Shown: one piece after another, positions 20,291-30,503 of the stretch
Position numbering within the stretch: the first letter of the stretch is position 1
Layout: each line of letters starts with the position of its first letter
Source: a virus
Virus record (IMG/VR): IMGVR_UViG_3300043438_002264
Coordinates: 32,001 to 96,000 of that record
DNA length: 64,000 nt
Strand: one strand, 5' to 3'
Made by a program: the position numbers and the translations under genes
The notes under the pieces: model-generated
Told to the model about the DNA's origin: nothing
What the model saw: only the letters and a program-made list of their open reading frames with translations
Databases searched by the model: none

Positions 20291-20878
20291 TTAATCTTCC
20301 TCATATTTCTGGGAATAGTGTTTTGCTTTTTCTTGCATCTCTTTGGCTAAGTCTGTATCATAAGGCTGAGAATTCTTTTTTCTTAAATGAAAGAATATCA
20401 TATCAATGTAATCACTGTCAGCAAAAACCTTTTTCTCTCTCCAGTGAATCTGATGGGTTCCACTAAATGTTAAGGCAGAATTATTTGTTAGTGTAAATTT
20501 TTTATCCTCCACAACAAGTGGCCAGGTGGCGTTTCCACCAATCTGATAGTCAAAAGTAAACCTTGGTTCTGCAAATGCTGCGTCCCAATGAGGTGTTAAA
20601 TTTGGGAAAAGACTTTGTCCAGATTCTGGATCAGTAACGTTTCTATATCTAGCAAACTGATATTCTGCTATTTCTAAATCAGATTCACCAGAAATCTTTT
20701 CTGAATAATCAATTATTTTTTTTGCTACGCCATCTGGCAATTCAAAATCAGAAACGGTTTGAGCAAATAACTTCATGATATATTTTGATCTAGGATTGTT
20801 TATTGTAGAGTAAAGGATAGACATCTCGTCTTCAGTTAAAACATCTTCTACAATTACGTTTTCTTCGTTATGCTTCAT
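20291..20878 (-). CDS. 2OG-Fe(II) oxygenase-like protein (paralogue of neighbour)
   Basis: PNLTPHWD...TFDYQI...WPL...ALTFSGTHQIHWR; leaderless start MKHN 6 nt after TATAAT. Confidence 0.75.
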   Translation of the reverse strand: MKHNEENVIVEDVLTEDEMSILYSTINNPRSKYIMKLFAQTVSDFELPDGVAKKIIDYSEKISGESDLEIAEYQFARYRNVTDPESGQSLFPNLTPHWDAAFAEPRFTFDYQIGGNATWPLVVEDKKFTLTNNSALTFSGTHQIHWREKKVFADSDYIDMIFFHLRKKNSQPYDTDLAKEMQEKAKHYSQKYEED

Positions 20879-20885
20879 ATATCTA

Positions 20886-21170
20886 TTATACACCATCTAT
20901 CAATTGCTCAAGAATTGACATTTCAATAACAGCCAGCCTTGTTTTGATTCCAGATTCCCCTAAGACTACGACGATGGCTGGGTCATTACCATTTCTTATG
21001 GCATCTGTAGTTGCTTTGGCCCATACGTCTTTATTCAAAGTAAAAGATTTACTTACCTCTTTAAAGTCTATGGTAAAATTTTCCCAAGAGGCGTCCCCCT
21101 TGTGGTTCCCTCTTCCAGAATTTTTATGCTGCTTGGCCCCTAGGCGTTTGCTTTCACTTTTTTCTGTCAT
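20886..21170 (-). CDS. Small PD-(D/E)XK nuclease / Hjc-like resolvase
   Basis: E.KRLGA....SGRG..KGD......DFKE....FTL....W. Confidence 0.7.
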   Translation of the reverse strand: MTEKSESKRLGAKQHKNSGRGNHKGDASWENFTIDFKEVSKSFTLNKDVWAKATTDAIRNGNDPAIVVVLGESGIKTRLAVIEMSILEQLIDGV

Positions 21171-21333
21171 AGTCTTTTTTACTTTTCTTTACATGTAGTT
21201 TTGCTGAGCTTAAATGTTTTTCTATACACATCCAAGTTACTTCTTTTTCTTCTGCATACCATCTTAAAGACGTAACTTCTGCTTTACAAGTATGACAAAC
21301 AAACTTGCCATTAATGACAGAGTATTTAGCCAC
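21154..21333 (-). CDS. Small zinc-ribbon protein (59 aa)
   Basis: Below track cutoff: GTG start, MAKYSVINGKFVCHTCKAEV...TWMCIEKHLS...; fills the gap between recA and the resolvase. Confidence 0.7.
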   Translation of the reverse strand: MAKYSVINGKFVCHTCKAEVTSLRWYAEEKEVTWMCIEKHLSSAKLHVKKSKKDYDRKK

Positions 21334-22333
21334 GTAGCTTTTCCTTAATAGCTTCCTGAAGCTCTAGGTCTTCTCTAACACGATTTACGAAGCCATCTCT
21401 ACCCTGGACCTTTGACCCATCTGGTAGCACGTACCAGGCTCCTGTGCGTTCTACAATGCCCGCTAGCTCTGCTGTGTCAACCAAATCACCAATAGAGTCA
21501 ATGCCCAAGCGATCACCACGGAAATAGAAATCATACTCCCCAGATGCAAAAGCAGGGCTAGTCTTAGAGAACTGAATTTCCCAACGAATTTTTCTTCCAA
21601 TTTTTTCTTCAATTAATTTATCTCCTACCTTGATCTTGCCTTTGATTGCCTGATTGTCTGACTCAGATGAAAAAAGTTTAATAACAGTCGAGGAATAAAA
21701 CTTAGTAGATTGACCACCAGATGGCTGCTGACTAGTATACATAGCACTAATATTATTTCTAGACTGCGAAATAAGTAAGAGCATTGTTGGCTTAACTTTG
21801 TTATTAGCATAATTTAACATCTTCCATGCATTGCTAAAGTCTCTTGACTCAGCACCAATTTGTTTTGTATTTTCAAGTTCTTTAAGCTCATCTGTTCCCT
21901 TTTCAAAATAAATTGCTGGAAGCAATGAAGTTATAGAGTCTATAACAATTATATCAACTCCTACATTCATTAAGCTTGTTCCAACATCTACCATCTCATT
22001 AATAGTTCTTGCCTGAGAAACAATTAGGTTATCTGTATCTACTCCCATGGCTTTAGCCCATTCCTCAGAATAAGACATTTCTGCATCAATCCAAGCACAC
22101 AGCTTTCCTTCTGCCTGTGCCTGGCCAATCATCTGAAGGCACAGGGAAGACTTAGCACTAGACTTGCTTCCCCAAATAAGAACCTGCCTTCCCATAGGAA
22201 GCCCACCCAGCAGAGCACGGTTCATTCCAAAACTTGGGGTTTCTTGACGCTCAATTTTAAACCCTACGCCAGTTGATAGTCGCTTTCTAATTCTAGGATC
22301 TAAAGACGCTAGAGCTTCTTCCATTGTAGTCAT
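21326..22333 (-). CDS. recA: RecA/UvsX-like recombinase
   Basis: GGLPMGR, Walker A GSKSSAKS, WIDAE, IVIDS, GAWY. Confidence 0.92.
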   Translation of the reverse strand: MTTMEEALASLDPRIRKRLSTGVGFKIERQETPSFGMNRALLGGLPMGRQVLIWGSKSSAKSSLCLQMIGQAQAEGKLCAWIDAEMSYSEEWAKAMGVDTDNLIVSQARTINEMVDVGTSLMNVGVDIIVIDSITSLLPAIYFEKGTDELKELENTKQIGAESRDFSNAWKMLNYANNKVKPTMLLLISQSRNNISAMYTSQQPSGGQSTKFYSSTVIKLFSSESDNQAIKGKIKVGDKLIEEKIGRKIRWEIQFSKTSPAFASGEYDFYFRGDRLGIDSIGDLVDTAELAGIVERTGAWYVLPDGSKVQGRDGFVNRVREDLELQEAIKEKLRG

Positions 22334-22554
22334 TAAGCTGCCAATCCAGAAATCTTATCTGGATTAAAACCAGACCAGGCATCGTTGTCTGCAATTACTA
22401 CTGGAGCAGATTTAAATCCTTTAGAAATTATCATGTCAAACGCTTCTGTGTCAACTGTAATATCGACAGTAGAGTATTCAATTTTTAACTTATCCATCAT
22501 TCTTTTTGTTGCTTCGCACTGTACGCACGAAGGCTTTGTATATACTGTAACCAT
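22333..22554 (-). CDS. nrdH: NrdH glutaredoxin-like redoxin
   Basis: VYTKPSCVQC...APVV...WSGFNPDKI. Confidence 0.95.
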   Translation of the reverse strand: MVTVYTKPSCVQCEATKRMMDKLKIEYSTVDITVDTEAFDMIISKGFKSAPVVIADNDAWSGFNPDKISGLAA

Positions 22555-25500
22555 TACTCTACATCCTCCATAATAACTGTTCCATCCTTTGTTTTTCCAA
22601 AGCTAAATTTGTATGCCGTTCCTTCTTGAATCTTCATATAAGCCTTAGGAAAGGCTGTGGGAAATACCGTCACAGAATGCAAGTCTCGTGAAGTATCTGC
22701 TAAAGTTAGTGATGCCATTTTCTTTCCAGCTTTAGTAATTCTAGGCTTAAATGATACCACAAACATCTCTTCATCCTTATAAGGCAGTTGCTTGTATCCT
22801 AAAAATTTAACCAGTCCACTGTCAGATTGTTTAATTTCATCCACAGGGATAGCAGTAACAATCCGATTGTTATCGCATAAAAGGAGGTAACTCCTACCAG
22901 GCTCAATAGTTGTTTGCTCTTCATCAAATATTCCTACGCTTCCAGTTTTGTCTAGCATTTCTACACGAGACCAGCCCTTGCCACGCTTGATTGATTTTAT
23001 CATTCCCATCAAAACAAACGCACCCTTTTCTTCAAAGTCTTCTACAGGATTAATAAATGCGTAGTAGTGGGATGGAACTGTGATATTAAACTCTGGAAGA
23101 TTTAGGAACTCATAAAGATTTTCTTTAATGTCTTGTTCGTTCCTTGGCTGATCTTCAAACGTTGCTGCACCAATTACTCTCAAGGCTTGCAATGATCTAC
23201 TGTTAACTCCACTACCCTTGGTAAAAGTAAACTCTTCTAAGTGCTTATAATTTTTAAATGGTCTTGCAGCAATATACTTTGACGCAATGTTATCAGAGAT
23301 ATATTTAATAGCTGTAAGTCCAAATCTGATTCCCTTACCCTCAATTTTAAAATCTGCATCAGAATCATTTACGTGAGGAAGCTTAACAGCAATCCCCATA
23401 CGCTTAGCCTCAATCAAATACTCTGTTCTGGCATCCTTGTCTTTTTCATTCTTAAGCAAAGAGTACATAAACTCTAGAGGGTGGTAATACTTTAGCCATG
23501 CAGTCCAGTACGACAAGGTAGAGTATGCCACAGCATGTGACTTATTAAATGAGTAGCCTGCGTGAGCCTCAAAGTCAGACCACAGTTCTCTGGCAGCGTT
23601 TGGGACCAAGAACCTAGAGGCTCCTTCTACGAACTTATCTCTAAACTGGTCAAACTCTTTGGCGTCTTTTTTCTTACCGATAATCTTACGAACCTTGTCA
23701 GCTTCTGCCATTGTCATACCACCAAGCTCTGTACAAGCCTGCATAACCTGCTCTTGATACAAAATACATCCGTAAGTATCTACAGTAAACGCCTTCATTA
23801 CTTGGTGGTGATAAGAAATATTTTGCTTTCCATGCTTACGGGCAATATAGTCTTTACCAATAGTATTCATGGCACCTGGACGAACTAAAGCATTAGAAGC
23901 GGCTAGCTCGTTAAAGTTTTTAACACCCATCTTAATAAGAAGGTTTGTATATGGGGTTGCTTCACACTGGAACACTCCCTTTGTATACCCTGAAGAAAGC
24001 ATGTCGTAGACTTTACTATCTTCCATATTTATTGATAGTGGATCAATCTTTTTACCAGATCTCTCTTCAATAATTTTCAAGGTATCCTGAAGAACACTAA
24101 GAGTCTTTAGACCAAGCATATCAATCTTGATTAGTCCAATCCGTTCAGCTTCTGCCATGTCTACAGCAACTACGGGAATTCTTTCTTTTGTTCCAGGGGC
24201 AGTCCGTGTTTCCATTGGGGCATATCTAAAGATTGGCTCTTTTGCTGTTACAACTCCTGCAGCATGAATTCCAGTGCCACGAATACGGCCTCTAAGCTGC
24301 TCTCCATATTTTTCAATCTCTGGATACTTCTGTCGGAACTCTGCAGTAGATTTTGATGTACAATACTCATCCCAAGTATCGACAAGCTTCATAACCTTAT
24401 TTACATCTGGTAGAGGAATATTTAGTACACGTGCAATATCACGAACTACACCCTTGTCTTTAAACGAAAGGAATGTGGCAATAGAGGCTACGTGACGATA
24501 CTGTCTAACAAGATAGTCTCTGACTTCTTCACGACGGTTGTCCTGAATATCTGTATCAATATCTGGAAAGTCATTACGTTCTGGATTAATAAAACGGAAG
24601 AAAAGAAGTCCGTGTTTAATTGGGTCAATGTCTGTAATACCCAGGGTGTAGCATAGCAGCGAACCAGCAGAAGACCCACGTCCTGGGCCAACCATGATGT
24701 CCTCTTTTTTGGCCCAAGCAATCATGCTTCTAACAACCAAAAAGTAAGGTCCAAAGTTTTTATCTTTAATAACCTTTAGTTCTTCATCAAGTCTGTCTAA
24801 GTATACTGGGTCATTATCCAATCCTCTAGATTTTAAACCTTCTAGTGCAAGACTCTTTAGCTCTCCATCTGGATCTTGGTACTGTACTGGCAAAAGATTT
24901 AGGTTGTCTTTAATTCCGTAGTCTTTAATTTTCTCAGCAACCTCTAAAGTATTTGAGTACATATCTGGTCTATTAATACCCTGGGCTTCCATAGCAGCCT
25001 TAATTTCTTCATAAGACAAAAGGTGAATATCAAACTTATTAAAGCTCATCTGCCTGTCTGCTCCATACAAATAGTCAAGCCTGTCCATTAAGTTTTCATG
25101 CTTCTTAGACTTTTCATAAGTAGCATCTTTTTGTACTTTATTGGAGTAGGTATTAAGAATTAACTTTAGCTCTTGAATTTCTTTTTGACCAGTGTGTGAG
25201 TGATGACAGTCTGGAGTTGCAACCATCTTTACACCAAACTCGTCAGCTAATTCAACCAGTACGTGGTTAATTTCTGCAGCAGTATGTGGCATCATCTCGA
25301 TATAATAATCATCGCCAAAAACATCTTTGAACCATTTGATGTGCTTCTTGGCGACAGCTAGCTCTCCAGCCTCAATAGCTTTTGCTAGAACTCCAGATGG
25401 GCATGCAGAAGAAACAATAATTCCTTCTTTGTATTTTTTTAGAACTTCGTAATCAATTCTAGGCTTCTTAAAGAATCCTTCTGTCCAAGCAATTTCATTT

Positions 25501-25826
25501 AGCTTGTTAAGATTTTCTAATCCTTTTTTGTTCTTGGCAAGAAGGATAATATGATTGTAAACTAAATCCAGTGGACCAGTTCTTTCGTCTTTGTCACGGT
25601 GGTCAAAACGATCCTCAGTGATATATCCTTCTATGCCAAGTATTGGCTTAATGCCCTTCTCTTTTGCAGCACGATACATTTCTCTGTGACCAGATAACGA
25701 ACCGTGATCCGTGATTGCCAAGGCAGGCATCCCTAACTCTAGGGCACGATCTACATACTCTTGTGGTGTGGCTATGCCATCAAAAAGAGAGTAGTGTGTG
25801 TGAACGTGTAAGCCAACGTAACCCAT
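22554..25826 (-). CDS. dnaE: DNA polymerase III alpha subunit (family C)
   Basis: PHP HVHTHYS/TDHG, GRGSSAGS, PDIDTD, HAAG, KIDMLGL, YSFNKSHA, C-terminal OB folds. Confidence 0.96.
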   Translation of the reverse strand: MGYVGLHVHTHYSLFDGIATPQEYVDRALELGMPALAITDHGSLSGHREMYRAAKEKGIKPILGIEGYITEDRFDHRDKDERTGPLDLVYNHIILLAKNKKGLENLNKLNEIAWTEGFFKKPRIDYEVLKKYKEGIIVSSACPSGVLAKAIEAGELAVAKKHIKWFKDVFGDDYYIEMMPHTAAEINHVLVELADEFGVKMVATPDCHHSHTGQKEIQELKLILNTYSNKVQKDATYEKSKKHENLMDRLDYLYGADRQMSFNKFDIHLLSYEEIKAAMEAQGINRPDMYSNTLEVAEKIKDYGIKDNLNLLPVQYQDPDGELKSLALEGLKSRGLDNDPVYLDRLDEELKVIKDKNFGPYFLVVRSMIAWAKKEDIMVGPGRGSSAGSLLCYTLGITDIDPIKHGLLFFRFINPERNDFPDIDTDIQDNRREEVRDYLVRQYRHVASIATFLSFKDKGVVRDIARVLNIPLPDVNKVMKLVDTWDEYCTSKSTAEFRQKYPEIEKYGEQLRGRIRGTGIHAAGVVTAKEPIFRYAPMETRTAPGTKERIPVVAVDMAEAERIGLIKIDMLGLKTLSVLQDTLKIIEERSGKKIDPLSINMEDSKVYDMLSSGYTKGVFQCEATPYTNLLIKMGVKNFNELAASNALVRPGAMNTIGKDYIARKHGKQNISYHHQVMKAFTVDTYGCILYQEQVMQACTELGGMTMAEADKVRKIIGKKKDAKEFDQFRDKFVEGASRFLVPNAARELWSDFEAHAGYSFNKSHAVAYSTLSYWTAWLKYYHPLEFMYSLLKNEKDKDARTEYLIEAKRMGIAVKLPHVNDSDADFKIEGKGIRFGLTAIKYISDNIASKYIAARPFKNYKHLEEFTFTKGSGVNSRSLQALRVIGAATFEDQPRNEQDIKENLYEFLNLPEFNITVPSHYYAFINPVEDFEEKGAFVLMGMIKSIKRGKGWSRVEMLDKTGSVGIFDEEQTTIEPGRSYLLLCDNNRIVTAIPVDEIKQSDSGLVKFLGYKQLPYKDEEMFVVSFKPRITKAGKKMASLTLADTSRDLHSVTVFPTAFPKAYMKIQEGTAYKFSFGKTKDGTVIMEDVE

Positions 25827-25839
25827 ATATTATTACCTA

Positions 25840-26496
25840 CTACCAATCAATGTTGGTAGATGAGGTAAGAGATGGTGTGTCAAAGCCCAGATAAAAGGCT
25901 TCCTGCTCTGCGTAAGGAATGTTACGCAATGCTAGCTCTAGTGGATATGGTTCTACTCCACTCCAGTTGTATGGCTCTGTGTCTGGACCAGATGGAATTA
26001 GAGTATAGGTGGTTTCAGTTCCCTGACCACTACGTTTTAGCTTCCAGCTTAGGTTTGAGATGCTTCCAGTCTCTAAAGCAAATTCACGAATTGTGTTAAA
26101 TGCAGACTGCTTGCTAATTCCCATTGACCAGATTGCGACATACGGATCTTCAATTCCATCGTCAATCAGAACGTTGCAGTAAAATCTTAGACGAGCCTTC
26201 CAGCCTGCCTTAGGATCCTTACGGTGCATTTCTTCTGCCCAGTCACGTCCTTCTGAGTCCATGGTGTCTACAGCCTTACGCTTGTAGTCCTTTGGATTTG
26301 TGTGCTCTTTTACGACAATCGCTAGGCCACGCTTTGCGTCGTAGTTCGATGAATCCTCATCCAACTCTTCAACAAAACGAATCTTTACAGACTGTCCGTC
26401 TGCCAGCTTTAGCCAGCGGACCTTGCTTCCTGTTCCTTCGTACTTTGGTTTGTCAAGCAGGGCGTTGATATCTTTTAGTCCCTTTGTTACGCTCAT
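25840..26496 (-). CDS. Single-stranded DNA-binding protein (gp32-like)
   Basis: WLKLADGQSVKIRF, RFYCNV, KRSGQGTETTY, acidic/aromatic tail; between primase and polymerase. Confidence 0.7.
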   Translation of the reverse strand: MSVTKGLKDINALLDKPKYEGTGSKVRWLKLADGQSVKIRFVEELDEDSSNYDAKRGLAIVVKEHTNPKDYKRKAVDTMDSEGRDWAEEMHRKDPKAGWKARLRFYCNVLIDDGIEDPYVAIWSMGISKQSAFNTIREFALETGSISNLSWKLKRSGQGTETTYTLIPSGPDTEPYNWSGVEPYPLELALRNIPYAEQEAFYLGFDTPSLTSSTNIDW

Positions 26497-26522
26497 TATT
26501 TCTCCTATGTTTGTTTGTTATG

Positions 26523-27467
26523 TTATTTTAGCATATTGGCAATAGCATTGTCAAATGTGAAATCTAAAGATTTAATATCCTCATCTGACATATCACCAAT
26601 ATCCTTATATTTATTATTTAGTTGTATAACGGATACACGAGATCCAAGCTTTTCTAAAAGCCTTTTTTTCATGTTTCCGCCTGCTTCATCATTATCTGCA
26701 ATAACAATTACGTTATTGAAATATTTTTGAAGAAGTTCTATTTGCATTGCCGAAACATTTGCACCTAAGGTAGCAACTGCTGGAAATCCTATTTGGTCTA
26801 ATCTAATTGCGTCAAAAGATGATTCTACTACATAAACTTTGTCTGCAGTCTTAACACGATTTAGATTAAAAAGAGTTTTGCTTTTTGGTAATCCTGGGGT
26901 ATTTTTAAAGTCTTTACCCTCAACAGATCTTCCAACAAAGCCAAGCAGCATGCCGTCTGGAGAGTGTACTGGTATAGTGACCATATCTTGATTTTCAGAA
27001 AATCCTAGGCCAAATTTTAAAATAGACTCTTGGGTAATCCTTCTGCCATAGAAGTAGCTAGTTGCTCTTGGAGAGTCTACAGCTTGCTGGTGAAGTCTTT
27101 TAACTTGCAGCTCGTCATAAAGAACATAGTCTTGCTTTGTGTGAAGCTGCCTAACCATCTCCTGCTCAAGGTTGCTTTCTTGTTCTTTGCTTTTAATAAA
27201 ACGTACTGACTCAAAGTATGTTCTATTGGAAGTAAACATTACAAACTCAACAAGGTCAGATGTTTTTTGACAAGAAAAGCAATAAAAAATTCCTGTGCTT
27301 TTATTTATTTCTCCAGCTGGGCTGCGGTAGTTATTGTGAAAAGGACAGAAGATTATGAAGTCAGCGTCTAGTTCAGAATAAACATCTACACCTGATCCTG
27401 CAAGAACTCTTTGGACTTGCTCTTTTGTGTATAGATTACCTTTGTTCCGTCTAGTCCTATTATCCAC
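26523..27467 (-). CDS. DNA primase (CHC2 zinc finger plus TOPRIM)
   Basis: CPFH...CFSC; VVESSFD; ADNDEAG; KDIGD. Confidence 0.92.
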   Translation of the reverse strand: MDNRTRRNKGNLYTKEQVQRVLAGSGVDVYSELDADFIIFCPFHNNYRSPAGEINKSTGIFYCFSCQKTSDLVEFVMFTSNRTYFESVRFIKSKEQESNLEQEMVRQLHTKQDYVLYDELQVKRLHQQAVDSPRATSYFYGRRITQESILKFGLGFSENQDMVTIPVHSPDGMLLGFVGRSVEGKDFKNTPGLPKSKTLFNLNRVKTADKVYVVESSFDAIRLDQIGFPAVATLGANVSAMQIELLQKYFNNVIVIADNDEAGGNMKKRLLEKLGSRVSVIQLNNKYKDIGDMSDEDIKSLDFTFDNAIANMLK

Positions 27468-27712
27468 TCTGTCTTTTTCTTTCCTATGTATATTCCGTAT
27501 ATTGATAACTTAAATTCAAATATTTCTGCTTTTTCATTATACACTATTGTGAAGTCTGGGTCAATGTCAAATCTTGGAACATACCCCGAAATTCTCATTT
27601 CAGAAACTAATAGCCTTATGTATTCAGTTTTTAGTCTTAAAATTGCTGAATCATCATAGATGTTTCCATCAAGGATAAATCTTTTAATGGGTTTATGGTG
27701 AAATGTTTCCAT
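27386..27712 (-). CDS. Conserved hypothetical protein
   Basis: 108-aa ORF with leaderless TATAAT promoter. Confidence 0.6.
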   Translation of the reverse strand: METFHHKPIKRFILDGNIYDDSAILRLKTEYIRLLVSEMRISGYVPRFDIDPDFTIVYNEKAEIFEFKLSIYGIYIGKKKTEWIIGLDGTKVIYTQKSKSKEFLQDQV

Positions 27713-27724
27713 ACACCATTATAA

Positions 27725-28945
27725 CTACTTATCTTCATAATCCTTGTACTTGTACCAGCCTTTATCAAAGTCTGCCTGAACTAAGAAATCCCCCATAAAT
27801 CCGTTACGGTTCTTTCTAAATACGCATTCTAGGATATCACTGTTAGCAGCCCTACCCATTGCAAGCACCCAGTCAGCATCATAAGCTATCTGACGTGACC
27901 AAGCTGTTTGCCCCAAAGTAGGAACGGTATCTAGTTTTGTTACATCGTCTGGTGTAGCTGAAGAGATTGCCATAATAGGAACCTCTTCTCCAATTGCCAT
28001 AAGCTTTAGCTCACGAGATAAATTTTTCATTCTAACAGTTTCGTTGTCAGACTTTTGGTTTGGGCTCATGAGCTGTAGGTAGTCTACAATAACAAAGTCT
28101 GGCTTATACTGATCAATTTTTCCACGAAGAACGGATGGGGTAATTTCTCCGCCAGTATCATTAGAAATAATGTGAAACTCTGGCTTGCCCTCTACGTTAG
28201 CCTTGTGCCAACGCTTTAGGTCATCAATATCAATTTCGCCATTACTAATCTTTCTGTGGGACCAAAGACCTTCACCCATGATTGTAAAGACACGATTACG
28301 AACTTCTGTTTCAGACATCTCAAGGCTAATAACCATTGGAGACTTACCCTGTTTCCAAGCTTGAACTGCAAAGTATAAAGACAGCCAAGACTTACCAATA
28401 CCAGGATAGGCAAGAAATACTCCAAGCTGTCCTGGCATAATTCCAGATGGAAGATAGTTGTCAAAACCTGGCAATCCAGTTTTAATACCCAACATTCCTA
28501 AATCTTTTTGACGCTGAACATTCTCAAAATACGCAACTGCTGAATCAATATCTGTAACATCAATGTCTCTAATTACTGCAGTGTTCTTTTTAAGCTCTGA
28601 AGTTTTTGTAATTATGTTTTCTAATGCTTCTGAACCTTTGCCACCCTGGACATCAGAGGCCGTCGTCATTAAGATTTCTTTTAAGCTGTCGTTTAGATAC
28701 TGCCCCTGTAATTCTTCTAAGTGATGTTTTGTTGCACCTACATTATCTACAACAGAAAAATCTCTAAACTTTTCTACGACTAGGCTTGTAGGAGGAACTG
28801 TTCCATTAGCCTCAGCATATTTACGAATAAACTGCCAGACGTCGTTGTGTGTTCGCAAGATATTTTCTACGTTTGCTTGCAACAATACGTGAACCTGTTT
28901 GTCTTGCAACACTGCAGATATTAGTCTGGCCTCTGTGTTATTCAC
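27725..28945 (-). CDS. DnaB-like replicative helicase
   Basis: AYPGIGKS, SLEMS, IVDYLQLM, DAD, KNRNG. Confidence 0.93.
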   Translation of the reverse strand: MNNTEARLISAVLQDKQVHVLLQANVENILRTHNDVWQFIRKYAEANGTVPPTSLVVEKFRDFSVVDNVGATKHHLEELQGQYLNDSLKEILMTTASDVQGGKGSEALENIITKTSELKKNTAVIRDIDVTDIDSAVAYFENVQRQKDLGMLGIKTGLPGFDNYLPSGIMPGQLGVFLAYPGIGKSWLSLYFAVQAWKQGKSPMVISLEMSETEVRNRVFTIMGEGLWSHRKISNGEIDIDDLKRWHKANVEGKPEFHIISNDTGGEITPSVLRGKIDQYKPDFVIVDYLQLMSPNQKSDNETVRMKNLSRELKLMAIGEEVPIMAISSATPDDVTKLDTVPTLGQTAWSRQIAYDADWVLAMGRAANSDILECVFRKNRNGFMGDFLVQADFDKGWYKYKDYEDK

Positions 28946-29246
28946 TTAACCACTCTTTTGCTTTCTTTCGTCTTTCAGTTCGTTCTCTTAAATCTTGAAT
29001 AAGCTGTTCCCTAGAATTAATAATGTTGTCTGCGTAATTTGCAAAATACTTCCAGCTTGGATTTGGGCTAACATCAAAATAGTATTGTAGCATATCATAG
29101 CAAATGTCTAGGCCAAACGATTCAATGAGGGCATCAGCCGCCCACTGCTCTACATTTAAATTAACTATTGGCTTTTCTTGATACTTTATCTTATGAAGTT
29201 TACTGTATCTGCTTAGCAAAGCCATTCGGTCTTTGCGGTCTGCCAT
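28938..29246 (-). CDS. Hypothetical protein (possible helicase partner)
   Basis: 102-aa ORF coupled to the helicase gene. Confidence 0.6.
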   Translation of the reverse strand: MADRKDRMALLSRYSKLHKIKYQEKPIVNLNVEQWAADALIESFGLDICYDMLQYYFDVSPNPSWKYFANYADNIINSREQLIQDLRERTERRKKAKEWLSE

Positions 29247-29455
29247 TATCTACTTTCGATTTCGGCAGAAGCCTCTTTAACCTTTTCTGCTAGCTTGTTT
29301 TCAACAAACTCATAAACTCGCTCGAAAGCCTCGTTTGTAGTTTCGGCTTCACGCTTATTGTCAGAAACCTCTAGATCGATTCTTAGTGACTGAAAGTTGC
29401 CAAGATTCAATGTGTATCCTAGTGCTACCTTGACTTTAGTGTTTTCGTTTTCCAT
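29246..29455 (-). CDS. Conserved phage hypothetical protein
   Basis: LGYTLNLGNFQSLRID motif. Confidence 0.65.
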   Translation of the reverse strand: MENENTKVKVALGYTLNLGNFQSLRIDLEVSDNKREAETTNEAFERVYEFVENKLAEKVKEASAEIESR

Positions 29456-29470
29456 ACCCGTATCTTTCTA

Positions 29471-30013
29471 TTAAATAGATTCAGACCAAACTGGAATGAA
29501 TCGCCCATCTTCTGTTTTAGTATAAGTAAGTATACCATCTCCCATACGCCTTGTCAACTCTTGACGTGTTGGCGTAATATCGTTGGTTATCAGCTTATCC
29601 AATCTTGGTCTACCCATGTGGTAGGTAGCAAGTATATCACGAATTTCTCTTACCTGTGATTCTGAATAATATGATCTAACTTGCCATGCAGTTTCTCCAC
29701 CTTTTTGAGATCCTGTAGGAAGGGGAATTACCCCTCTTTTCATTAGACTAGGCATATACTTTTTATGACGATTAACCAAAGAGGCTGTTTCACCAACTGT
29801 ATAAGCTCTCTCTCTGTTCTTTTTAAAGTCTGAGATTAGGCAGCTTTCTATTTGATCTTTAATAATATTATAAACAGACATGATTCCGTTTGACTTATTC
29901 AAGTGATGAACTCTTACAAGGTGCCCGTTTAAAAACCAAACTTTTTTGTTTCCTGGAATTGCTGGGGCAGAATTATATTCTGACATATCCATTGGACCAT
30001 GTTTTTTGCCCAT
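29471..30013 (-). CDS. Putative MerR-type HTH DNA-binding protein
   Basis: YTVGETASLVNRH...KRGVIP...YYSESQV. Confidence 0.6.
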   Translation of the reverse strand: MGKKHGPMDMSEYNSAPAIPGNKKVWFLNGHLVRVHHLNKSNGIMSVYNIIKDQIESCLISDFKKNRERAYTVGETASLVNRHKKYMPSLMKRGVIPLPTGSQKGGETAWQVRSYYSESQVREIRDILATYHMGRPRLDKLITNDITPTRQELTRRMGDGILTYTKTEDGRFIPVWSESI

Positions 30014-30017
30014 TATA

Positions 30018-30461
30018 TTAGTCTGGAATACCTATTGCAATGATGTGAACTTTAAGGGCCAAAGACCCTCCTGTATTAAAGCGAACAATGCCGTTAACAG
30101 ATGAGTTGGTAACGCTTTGAATAATAACTGACACGTTTTGGCCAGAAGAAGTTCCTTCAATTAAAACTGGAGTAATCGTTACAATTGGCGGGTACCTGTA
30201 TTCTCCCTTAAAAGAGTAAGAAAAAGACTGTGTGGTTTCGGCTGTCACATTTGTAAGGGTGGGATAGATTACTTTTTCTCCAGCGACTACCTTGGTGTCT
30301 GTAAGCAAGGTGCTTTCATTTCCACTTGTAGTATCAATAGATGCGTACTTATATCTTGCTGAAGATATTTGTGACGAAAGGTCATTAATTGCTTCTACAA
30401 TTTGATAAACATATGATACGTCTAGAGGCTGTCCTCTATCTGGAGTTGGTATTTTGGCCAT
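30018..30461 (-). CDS. Small tail-associated protein
   Basis: F...Y.YPPIVTIT...VHIIAIG fibre C-terminal-like fold. Confidence 0.55.
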   Translation of the reverse strand: MAKIPTPDRGQPLDVSYVYQIVEAINDLSSQISSARYKYASIDTTSGNESTLLTDTKVVAGEKVIYPTLTNVTAETTQSFSYSFKGEYRYPPIVTITPVLIEGTSSGQNVSVIIQSVTNSSVNGIVRFNTGGSLALKVHIIAIGIPD

Positions 30462-30503
30462 AGCTAATTATAACACAAACCTGGCAAAATAGCTATCTAC
30501 TTG

